From assembly GCA_043228905.1 (NCBI GenBank), contig JBHGNT010000012.1, positions 1,612,001-1,676,000 on the forward strand: a stretch of 64,000 nt of DNA. The letters run 5' to 3'. A program made the translations under genes and the position numbers. The notes beneath the pieces are model-generated. The model was given only the letters and a program-made list of their open reading frames with translations, was not told the origin of the DNA and made no database searches. Numbering within the stretch: position 1 is the stretch's first letter; each line of letters opens with the position of its first letter. This document shows positions 24,601-35,700 of the stretch, in pieces. Source of the stretch: Azolla caroliniana (Eukaryota; Plantae; Polypodiophyta).

Positions 24601-25520
24601 AAATTTCTATTCGATGCTATCCTTCGTGAATTAAGATGGTGTTCTTGAAAACATAGCATATCAAGTCGACCTATAGAAGGTAAAGATAATTCTTGATTCA
24701 AGTAACATTTTACTCTATTACAATGACTCGCACCTAACCCTTGAAGGTTTCAAGATAAAATATTAAAATAATGCATATCAAGATTGAGATGGAGAAGACC
24801 TCTTATTAGTCAAAACCACTTGTCTCTCCTTTTGAGACGAAGTTACTGCTCTTGTTATTCTTTTTTCTACATGGGAATCCTTGAATAAAACATGATGGTC
24901 TTTATATACCCTATTTTTGCTATTCCCAAGTGCTTTTGTAGTATCCTTTGTAGATGTTAAAACATATGGTGATTGCCCGACCCATGTCTACAAAACAGCT
25001 GAATATGATGGAGCATCTACCTTTGGATCGTTATGTTGAAACGATGTTATCATTTTCTGAACTGACGCTTTAACTTTCGTCTGGCATTGGGTCAATGACT
25101 TGAACAATTTCCAAAGAGGAAATGGAAACCGGCATAACTACATCTTTTTGCAAAGCATCCATACTACATTCCGGCAATACTAAGGGAGGAGGAATGGGTG
25201 GAATGATCTCCATAGATGGAGCAGAAACTGACATTCCTAAATCTTGCCTCAAAGTGTCCATACTACACTCTGATAGTGCAGATTGAGGGAAATTGGAGCA
25301 AATCATATCAACACTTTTTCCCTTACCCTCTTTATCTAACGATGTATCGAAACCCTTTACTTGTTGAGTTTCATGAGGCAACAATGTAGTGACAACACTA
25401 TTATTTTGTTTATTCATAGCTGCAATAGGCTTCCCATGGGCAGTCAAACAATCTTTTTCGAAATGGCCAATTTTTTTACAAGAAAAACATTGGTTCGACA
25501 AACCGAAGTAAAGCACTTTC
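21670..25520 (-). mobile_element. L1-type LINE, degenerate: ORF1 3' part plus ORF2 endonuclease-RT
   Basis: ORF1 zinc knuckle CFSCKKIGHFEKDC. ORF2 from ATG 24776 (ILS*NLQGLG) with CFQEHHL, CGDWNM, SRIDRFY, SFSDH (APE) and WRPITLLNTIYKI, LDFEKAYDRV, QGCPLAPFLF, FADDT, YLG (RT). Several stops and frameshifts. Confidence 0.93.
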
Positions 25521-26555
25521 TGAATTTTATAGATAGAAGGGAAGGTATTATTATTGTGAAATGGACATAAGAGATCAAAACCAACCTAGTTAGCTTCTTA
25601 CTTCTTACTCAATTTATAGTTGATACAAAGGTACCCATTTGGGTTGGCTTAGCTAAAAAGGGTGTGCTAAAAGGGTGAGTTGGCTTACATACATGTATCC
25701 TAAAAAGGGTGTGCTAAAAGGGTGGCACAAGGGTGGCACAAAGGAACACATGCACACCACATCCCCCCCCCCCCCCCCCTTGAGAGAAACAAGAGACTAA
25801 GGAGCAAGAACAAGAGTAGTGTGTTGTCGAAGGAGGGGGAGCATCTGTTGGAGATAGAGCCCCTATCCATGTTGGCAGGTTTCAAATGGATATCAATGGA
25901 TGATTCTGGTGGGAGGCGAGGGTTATGCCCATAGGGTGCTCGAAAAGGGTTGATCTGTGTCAACGCTGTCGTGCCTTTCGGCACCAGATCGTTTGCGTGA
26001 GCCGGGTGGGAACCACCGGGGTTTTGGACTAAGAGGAGGAAGAATTTGAGGCTAATCTAGTTATGAATATGAATAGATTATAAGAAAGAGATATAGAAAC
26101 TTGTGAATCCCACAAGTATAATTATTTTAGTTTATCTTAATCGTAGTAATAAATTGAAATAGTTTAGAATAGATTAGAGTATATTGAGAAAAGAGATCAA
26201 ACCTTGTGAATCCCACAAGTATTAATTAAATCGGTTATATTATTTTTACTTTTTCACGTAGTGTACGAAATACACTACGACAACGCCTGTACGGATGTAT
26301 TGTAGGTGTGGGTGACAAAAGGAAAGATTTGATCCTAGGTTTTGTGGCATGGATCGATGTAAGCGGCAATCTCCCCTTCTTGAGGGTCTTGTTGAGGTGT
26401 TCGGTGAGGCCATTTGTCTGAGGATGGTATGGGGACTTAAACACCTGGTGGACACCTAGTTGAGCTGCAATGACGTTGAGGACAACCCCGTGGAACTGGC
26501 GGCCCTCATCAAATAATAGTTGGACAGGGCTAGTGACGGAAAACGAGCTAAACAC
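25521..26555 (-). mobile_element. 3' end of a Gypsy-type LTR element: integrase fragment, PPT and ~240-bp 3' LTR
   Basis: Integrase motif DEGRQF...SPYHPQTNGLTEHLNKTLK (26235-26555). A poly-G PPT (25762-25782) abuts TGTGGTG at 25761. The LTR ends ...aattCA at 25521 and has a TATA box near 25612. Confidence 0.75.
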
Positions 26556-26909
26556 CGAGTCATTTGAAATAGGTAATATGTCGCATTTTAAGAACTGTCC
26601 ATCAAAAAAAGGGAAAAATTAGGGTGACTCACAAAAAGGGGTGCCACATGCGTAAAGGATTTTAAAAATGACCCAAAAATATATTGATTTCTAGTATGTA
26701 CGAAAATTTATGTGTTAAAAAAAATAGCCTAAATAATGGACATGCCAAACTTACAAATAAATGTCCAAAATGACTAACACCAATATTTATAGAAATTCAT
26801 CCAAATCTTGATGTACAATACAATATTTACAGTTAACGTATTAGAACAATCGTTTTCCAAGTTTATGCCATCATCTTCATACCCATTAGATGAACTAGTA
26901 GGAGTTTAT

Positions 26910-28453
26910 TGTTACCCGTATAGGTGTACGGGAGGGTCAGGTGTAATGTGTAATATGAAATGTTAACGTGTGAGTGTTAGGTGGGGTAAGTAGGTTTAAC
27001 TACCCCCACTTGGCTTTTTGTAATGTACTAATCTTGTACTATTTAAACCCCACCCGTGGGGCATGGAAAGAAGAAGAAATATATTAGAGTTACCCCTCAA
27101 CTGTGTCTATCTCGATTCTCCCTCTCTCTAATTCTCTGTGATTCTCTGTGTGTATCTCTCCTTCTCTCCCTCACATTCGAACCCCCTTGGGAGCGAGGTG
27201 GAGCCAAGTTCGGCTCCACCCCCCACCCATCAACACATGGCATGCCCTACGGGCCTAACCCCCCTTGAGAAGAAGTTTCTATCTTTCTCCCTTTCCATCA
27301 CTAATCTCTCTCTCTCCCCCTCTCTACGGGTCTGTGTCCTTGTGTTAGGGAGCGGTGTATGTGTGGACTCTATGTGTGAGAGCCAATCTCTGATGGCTAT
27401 GGAGATGGAGCAAGAAGAACACCTATTAGATATGGAAATCATCTATTCATCCTCTCTCTCTTTCTCTCTTTGATCCTCCTCCTTTGGATCTTATGTGTTA
27501 TGGCTAAAGAAGGACTTATGATCAACATCGATCTTAAAACTAGGTATTCTTGTGTTGGCATATGGCAACATGACCAAGTTGAGATCATTGTGAATGAACA
27601 AGGCAATCACACCACTCCCTCTTATGTTGCATTCACTGATACTAAGCGTCTTATCAAGGATGTTGCCAAGAATCAAGTGGCCATGAATCCTAGCAACGCG
27701 GTCTTCGATGCTAAAAGACTTACTGGATGAAGGTTCTTCAAAGCAAAGTGATATCAAGCTATGGCCATTTACGATGTTGTCAGGTCTTGCTAAGAAGCCT
27801 AAGGCGGAGATAAAGCAGTTTGCAGCTGAAGAGATCTCATCTATGGTTTTAACTAGGGAAAAGTACCAGGATACCCCTGGAAGTTCGTCTATTTACCAGA
27901 ATGCCCTTGGAAGTTCCAAATTTACCAAACCCTTGAGATATGTTGACTAAACGAGAAGGTTTGTGTTAAGCTAGCTCTGATCGAAGTTATCAATCATAGA
28001 GCAGTAATCCAGTCGAGGAATTTCCAACCGTGAGAGAAGAGAAGACCGATGGAGTTTCCGGTCAACGAATTTTTGGCATGGGCTTGTGGGTTCGACGTGC
28101 AATGCACTGTCCCACAGGCGTGCCAGGTGTTACCCATATAGGTGTACGAGAGGGTTAGGTGTAATGTGGAATATAAAATGTTAACGTGCGAGTGATAGGT
28201 GGGGTAAGTAGGTGTAACTACCCCCCACTCAACTTTTTGTAAGGTATTAATCTTGTACTATTTAAACCCCACCTATGAGACATGAAAAAGAGAGAGAAAT
28301 ATATTGGAGTTACCCTCAACTTGTGTCTCAGTCTTGATTCCCTCTCTCTCACTCTCTCTGTGTGCATCTCTCCCTCTCTCCTCTCACATTCAAACCCCCT
28401 TGGGAGATTGGCTCCACCCCCCACCCATCAACACATGACACTCCCGGTGGGAC
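26910..28453 (+). mobile_element. Short non-autonomous LTR element (TRIM-like) with two ~310-330-bp LTRs and tRNA-Arg-type PBSs
   Basis: LTR1 26910-27237 and LTR2 28128-28435 both start tgttaccc(g/a)tataggtgtacg and end cccacccatcaacaca, with TATA ctatttaaaccc. PBS-like sequences tggcatgccc at 27238 and tgacactcccggtgggac at 28436. No TSD found. Confidence 0.8.
27500..27854 (+). pseudogene. HSP70: Cytosolic HSP70 N-terminal fragment (processed retrocopy)
   Basis: [43 protein letters not shown]...[20 protein letters not shown]...QSDIKLWPF...KQFAAEEISSMVLT. Has a stop and internal deletions. Confidence 0.93.
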
Positions 28454-28587
28454 AAATTGTGTTGTCTCCTTCTTGGAAGCAACACCTTCGATTACTCCTA
28501 TGGTAATCGGATCAAGGGACTGTGGTACGTGGTGGAGGTTAGGGTGAGAGAGGGATTGCTTGGCAATCTGATTCATACCAAGAAAAC

Positions 28588-29227
28588 AGTCGGCGTATGT
28601 TAGCGGTAAAACAAGATCTTAATTCAAGCTGTTATAATTCAGAAATGATCTCAAGGCCCAGAACAAATTGTACCCAAAACTAGATATATATTATGTAATT
28701 CGAAATAGTAATACACAGCGCACGACTGGAGTTACAAACAAAAATCACAATAAGATATTCTACGTGTTCTAGTACTATATTCCTATCTTAAATAGGAGGT
28801 TTCTCTTCTCTCTTCTATCCTCCTCTGTTTCATTTCTGCTTCACGTTTTATAGTTTTCTTTCCCGCTTGGTGTGCTTCAATCTTTACTCGTTTTCAGCTC
28901 CACGTTTCACGACTGCATTTTCTTCACCACCTTCCCTGTTACGGTTGCCTTTACCTACTTCCCCTACATCCAGATTCATTTTATACCCAAATTACCAATC
29001 TGTCCCACGGACAACAACGCCCTCACTTTCACACCCCCACTACGTATGCAAGTGCACTAATGTACACATGACACTTATTCCTCACTAACTCCCGTGCATT
29101 TTAGCACCCTTACAATTTCCCTTTTATTTCTATTTACATTTTCTAAGGTACATGTGCACATGTTGCATATTGCCGACTTTGCCCGTTCCACCCGGTTTTC
29201 TCACCATTACCGAAAATTCTCACGACA
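28588..29227 (-). mobile_element. Solo-LTR-like insertion
   Basis: Terminal inverted similarity (a/t)gtcg...cggtaa / ttaccg...cgaca. The minus strand starts with TG at 29227 and has a TATA box near 28850. It abuts the LINE RT frame at 29228. No TSD seen. Confidence 0.5.
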
Positions 29228-30860
29228 CCGGTTTCATGGAGCATCAGTCTATTATGGACAACGTGATATTGTTCTGGGAGACTGTTATGACGGCAAGGGA
29301 GACCAAGTAGAACTTAGCCTGTATGATGCTCGACTTCAAGAAAGCCTATGATCGAGTGCAATGGTTGTTCCTTGAAGAAGTGATGAAGGTCATTAAGCTA
29401 CCGTGGGAATGGAGGTGTGCTGCTCAAGCCTTATATAGGAATGGCTTGAGTAAGGTGTTGATTGCAAGGATGAAAGGAGCTAGAATCTCTCTTTATTAAT
29501 GAAGCAATTCCTACCTTTTTTAATAGTCAAGTGACAAATTTACATGGTCTTTCGATCCCTAACTCAAGGAAGTCCCTCATGGACTCTGAGTTCGCAGGCG
29601 ATATGATGTTGTACCTCCAAGGTAATGAAGTGAATCTCGAGAGGGCACATGTTGCTATTGATTTCTTTTGCAAAGCATCGAGAGCCTCCATCAACTGGAA
29701 TAAGTCTAGGGGCTTCTGGATTAGCTCGGACGTAAAGATGGTATGGAAACCAAATGTTGAATTCAGATGGATTGCAAAAGGGGAAGCCACTAGATATCTG
29801 GGAACGTGGATTGGTGTAGACATCGACAAAGGAATACAACTGAAACAAATTCAAAGTAAAATCTATAACAAAATACGCATCTGGTCAGGGGTGAAGTTAT
29901 CATTGGCTAGCAGGATCATAGTAGCTAACCATGCACTCTTGTCTATTGTATGGCATGCAGTCTCAGGGGGGATGTTTGACAGGCATGCTATTCATACGGT
30001 TAAAGCGTGTATCAAGGGATTCCTATGGGCCGAGAACAGGAAAGACAACGCGTCACCTAAATTATCATGGTCTACATTGATTCCTCCCAAAAGTAAGGAG
30101 GGTTTAGGTTTGATTGACTTGGATTGCAGAGTTAGTCATTGTTATGCAAGGTATTGGTAAGGAGCTTGCTGCCCAGAAATGAGTTATGGAAAACATTGAT
30201 TCATAAATAGGAGCATCCTCTGGAGTCCACGAATTGGTGGGCATTGGAATCCACAGAAATCATGGCTATTTTGTATGGACTTAAAGCCTAGGAAATCTAA
30301 TTGGTTGGCTGATTGCACATGTATGTCAGGGATGAAGGCGTGGAGTATGCTCCATGAGCATCTAAGTCAGATAGGTCCAAGTACTAATGCTAAATGGATG
30401 CACCAACCCCTATTGTGGAACGAGACCTTAAAGTCGACACAGGGAAAGATTCTTGGACAAAGCAATGGTATGTCGTGGGCTAGATTATACTGTGCAAGGA
30501 TTCATTTAGTGGCGGATTGGATGCGATTGTCCGCCAGTAATTGTGATAAATTATATGAAGACTTGGGAAAGTTTAGAAAATGGCAAGAAGATGCTTGACC
30601 TAATTAATACAACACTATACTCTGTTCCTATTTGTAATGGGGAAGAGGGTGAATGGTCCGGACAATGTGTTGAAAAGGGAAATATTATCAACGTTAAGGG
30701 TCAGGAAGAACAGGAAGATCATCCAATTGGGATCAGCAAATGAACGTGCAAGTTGGTTCGCAATTAGAATTGTGGCATGAGATGGCAAGAAATGGAAGGT
30801 GAATCCACTAGTCGATGAGGTTGAGGAGGACTGGATCTGGTATGTGGTTGGAGGCAAGCC
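29228..30860 (+). mobile_element. Degenerate L1-type LINE RT fragment
   Basis: GFMEHQSIMDNVILFWE, LDFKKAYDRVQW, EFAGDM, INWNKSRGFWIS, RYLG, LSLASRIIVANHALL, PKSKEGLGLID. Same family type as 21670-25520. Confidence 0.85.
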
Positions 30861-30867
30861 GCTCGAG

Positions 30868-31340
30868 TGTTTAGAACATAGTTCTAGGCATACGTCTCAT
30901 TCGTGCCATACTCATACGTGAATATTCATATCATACTTGTTACGGGCATGACCATATAATATCCCGTGGTAAGAATTTACCGTAGTAATCTATACACGTG
31001 GATAAGTGTGAGGGTTAAATGAGAGTGTAAAGAAGGGGAGGATTACTTTTAATCCTCGGGATTGAGACAACCCATTAGGTCAAGTGTGAACTTGCCTGGG
31101 GGCCTTGGGTATCGCTATAAATAAGAGGCCTAGCTACCCTCATTTGATCATCTTTTGACTACATCGAGACTCTGCTCGTGTGGTGGGTCAACTCTTGTAG
31201 CGAGCGCGCCAGCACCAGGTACGACTCGACGCCACGGCGGTGGTATGGGACGCCGATCGAGGCTCGAGTCCGTCTCGATCCCTTCGCTCGGGGGTGGTCG
31301 GGTGGATCGGCACCCTTCTTTCTCTTTCTCCTTTCTATCT
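30868..31340 (+). mobile_element. LTR-like fragment
   Basis: Begins with TG at an abrupt break in the LINE. TATA box ctataaataagagg at 31116 is followed by a GC-rich R/U5-like tract. The 3' end and TSD are not identified. Confidence 0.35.
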
Positions 31341-32712
31341 TTCATTTCTTTATCCATATCTTAAGCTTACTTTAGTACTAAGATCTATAATATTACTCAT
31401 ATGTGAAATGGATCCAAGTATGATTGAAATCCATACGCAATATATACATACACACATATATACAGTGTACATATTTTGTGTTTGTGTGTGTGTGTACAGT
31501 GTGTGTGTGTACAGTGTGTGTGAGAGAGAATTAGAATTAGAATTAGAATTTTTATCGTCCATAAAGAGGCCAATTTTGACCTATGGGACCAGAGTATACA
31601 TGTGTTCTTGATATGTGGAGCCCTTCCTAAGAAGGGGTATTCATATATTAAAGCACAAAGTCTCTATGTGTGAATAAAGCATACACATATGAGTTCAACC
31701 TTCTCAGTGGTGGGCACTTAAGTTATCACTCCCTCTTAGTATGTCAACATATCTTGAACGAATTGCACTATATGTCGAGCATGTGAAGAGCAAGTGACAT
31801 TCATCCTCTACCATGCCTTCATTACATACTTTGCATATCTTCAAATTAGTTACATTTTGATATCATGATGCAACTTCAATACCTAACTTGTGAGATCGAG
31901 TGCGAAGTAGTGTAAGGGCTCTACGAGCATTACTACTCATATTGGTAATGAGAAAAGGTTGGATATGATCAATAGGCATTCTTGCTTTATATTGAGACCA
32001 ACATAGAGGGTTGGCATTTGCGATGTAGTATTCTAGCTTTGTCCTCTTAGCATCTTCCCACGTCATCCTTAATGATTCCACCAACCTTTCCTCAATCATT
32101 ACATATTGCATAGCATTGCCCGAAAGCTCTAAAAGATCATCCAAACCCCATCTTCTAAACCATTTCCTTATGTCAACAACCCAACCGGATGAGAGAATCT
32201 TACTTTTATGATTCTTTTGTAGCTTACATCCAACATTCCAAGCAAGATGTGGTAATCGATGATTCGGCATATTCTTGACTTTTGTAATGTATTTATATAC
32301 TTTTTGGAGTGCCAATAGTTCAATGGATCGAACACCTATTTCCAAGAGCATAACCTAGTAAGAGGTAGTGCATTTAACTCCTAATTGCCTCCTTAAAAAC
32401 ATCTTTTGAATTTTCTCAATATCATTCCATGCATTAAGAGAGATGGTGCCACCCCATACTTCTACTCCATAAAGCAATACTTGAGTTACCATGGCATTGA
32501 ACAACATTAGTTTTACTTTCCATCCACAAGTATCACTTTGGTTGCATTGGTTCTCCAAAAGGTAATATGATTTCCAACCGGCTTGGAGCCTAGAATCAAA
32601 GCATGCACTCCATTTATTTGTGGTAGGTACATCAATACCAAGATATTTAAAGCTTTGAACAAATTGTATGTGTTCACCTCTATATGTGAGCATAGGGTAA
32701 TGATGAGGTTGG

Positions 32713-35700
32713 TGTTAGGAAACAGGTCCCTCTGGATGGGAAGTGAGAAGAACAGTGTCAATGATCAAACCAGATGTGGAGTACCCGGCAACGGAAGAAC
32801 CGGTGAGAACCGGATGAGGATTACCCGGAAACGGAAGACCCGGTGAGAACTGGATGACGAGTGCCCGGCAAGCGTCGGATGATGCAAGCCCGGTGAGGAG
32901 TGCTCACCGGATGAAGGGACATATTTGTAAATATTTTTCTGAGAGTTCATCAGGGCTATATTTGTAAATAGCCAAAAAGTCATTTTAGTATAAATATGAC
33001 TTAGGGCAAACTTAGTGTTGTTGTTGTCATTCTTGTTGGTGCAAGATTAGAGCGCGTAACCGGTTACTGAGAGAGTGAGAGAGAGGAAGAGGTCGTTGCC
33101 TCTTTTGTAACCGCCGCCTGTGGCAAAGATAGCAAGCTCGAGGTCGTTGCTTCAGTGCTTTATTATTATACATTCTGATATAGTGATAGTTTGCAGTCTG
33201 TGGGTTGCCGTGGTTTTTCCCTAGTTTGGGTTTTCCACGTTAACATCCTGTGTACTCTTCTCTTCACTGTGTCGTGCGTTCATTACCCGTTTTCTGTATC
33301 TTATCCTAGGCTCGGTTGTGGCCAAGCGTTGTTCATCCGGAGCGTGTGTTCTTGTCAAACTGGTATCAGAGCGAAACGACACAGAAAATGGACGAATCGT
33401 TGGGAGGCATGTTCAAGCTCACCGGCTCCAACTATTCCGTGTGGAAGTCGAAGATGAGGGACATGCTCGTGGTTAAAGATCTTTGGTTGCCGATTCAGTT
33501 TGGGGACAAGAGACCGGACAAAATCGACGCCACGATATGGGAGGTGATGCACATGAAGACAACAGCTTACATCCGGTGCTTCATCGACATGAGTGTATAC
33601 AACAACTTCAATGAAGAGAGCAAGGCTCATGAGCTTTGGGAGAAGATCGGCATTATGTTTCAAAACAAAGATGTTGTTAATCAGGTTTCTGTATTTCGGA
33701 AGATAGTAAGACTCTGGTACCAAGATAGCTCCAGCATGGCGGAGCACATGAATGCCTTCCAGGGGCTGATCCACCAGGCAACATCATTGGAAGTACCTCT
33801 CACCGATGAGGTACTAGCGCTACTCCTGCTCGGTTCCCTCCTAGATAGCTAGGAGACGTTGGTTGTCACCTTGGGCAACGCCGGGCCGGAAGGGAAACGG
33901 TTATCCCCAACAAGAGTGAAGTCGAGCTTGCTAGATGAGGAGGCACGTCGGAAAGATAAGGATACGAGCTCCGACTCCAAAGCGCTCCTTACCAAATCGG
34001 AACACGGAAGACAAAGGAATCGTAGTCCCCAGAACCGGGAGAAGTCGGGGACACGGTCAAAGTCAAGGGGGAGGCCTACCTGCTTCTATTGTGGCAAGCC
34101 AGGACACTTCCAGAAGAACTGTCGGCATTTCCGAAAAGACAAGGAAACCGACGGTACCGATTCGAAGTGGACCCCGAACCGGAATAGTAAAGACCGGAGG
34201 GGGCCGAACCGGAAGGGAACGACGGCAATCGCGGCAAGTGAAGAAGAGTTGATGCTCATCACCAAGGAGAGTGAGCTAAACCTTGCCAGCGACGAGATGA
34301 CCTGGGTGGTCGACTCCGGAGCGTCATTCCACCTCACCCCGGACCAGAAATGCTTCTCATCCTACTCAGTCGATGATCACGGCTGTGTCCGGATGGGGAA
34401 TGAAGGTACATGCCGAATTGTCGGCATAGGAGACATGTGGTTGACAACACCAACCGGATGCAAGCTGCTGCTGAAGGATGTCCGACACATTCCAGAGGTT
34501 CGTCTGAACCTGATATCAGTCGGTCGGCTAGATGATGAAGGCTACACGAGTAGCATCCGGAACAGGGTTATGAAGTTCAGCAAAGGGAGCCTGATTGTGG
34601 CTCGGGCCCGGAAGGTCAACACGTTGTACCTGATGAATGCTTGGTTATGCCCGGAGGAAGTGAACGTGGCATCTGATACTACCATTGAGCTGTGGCACAA
34701 AAGGCTGTGTCACATGAGCGAGAAGGGGATGAAGAGGCTTGCAAACGACAACCTCATTCCAGTGAAGAACATGCACTTGGAGAAGTGCACTGATTGTCTG
34801 GCCGGTAAGCAAAACCGGACCTCCTTCCGATCGAGGCCACTGATGAGACGTAATGCACCACTGGAGTTGGTGCATACTGATGTGTGTCAAGTGGACATGA
34901 AGTCACATGCAGGATCGCAGTACTTCGTGACGTTCATAGATGACCACAGCCGGAAGCTGTGGGCCACACCGTTGAAGACGAAGGATCAGGTGCTATCCGT
35001 CTTCAAAGAGCTCCACGCGAGAGTGGAAAGAGAAACTGGCTGGAAGCTGAAGGCGGTTCGAGCAGATAACGGAGGAGAATACCAGGGGCAGTTCGAGGAG
35101 TACTGCCGCTCGAAGGGAATCCGGCTTGAATTTACCGTGCCAAAGACGCCGGAACTAAATGGGCTGGCCGAGAGGATGAACCGAACCATAATGGAGAGGG
35201 TCCGGAGTATGTTGGCGCATGCAAAACTACCCAAGAAGTTTTGGGTTGAGGCACTGTCGACAGCGACGTATGTGATAAACAGATCACCCTCAGTGCCCTT
35301 GGATGGAGACACGCCGCAGAAGGTGTGGACCGGTAAGGAAGTGTCCTACCGGCATCTGAAGGTGTTCGGGTGTCTCGTGTACGTGCATGGTGCTAAGGAC
35401 CGGAGAGGAAAGTTAGATCCAAAGACCCGGCCATGCATATTCCTCGGTTACGGCGACGATGAGTTTGGCTACCGAGTGTGGGACCCGGTTGACAAGAAGG
35501 TATTCCGGAATCGAGATATTATCTTCATGGAGGACAAGACGCTCTCCGACTGGGAGTCAGAGAAGAAGATAATGAACGCCGAGTCGACCGGTAAGGATCG
35601 ATTCTACGATGAGCAAACCCAACCGACAAGAAACCGGTTAGCACTCGAGGAACCCACCGTTCATGGTGAGGATAGCGAACCAACAGAAGAAGTAGTAGAG

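Noticed and set aside
28084-28125. tRNA-Arg gene
   Set aside because: Only the T arm, acceptor 3' strand and an encoded CCA are present, interrupted by 13 nt, with no D or anticodon arm. It is treated as a PBS-related sequence.
26910-28435. Cassandra TRIM
   Set aside because: No 5S rRNA-derived A/C-box segment was recognised in either LTR.
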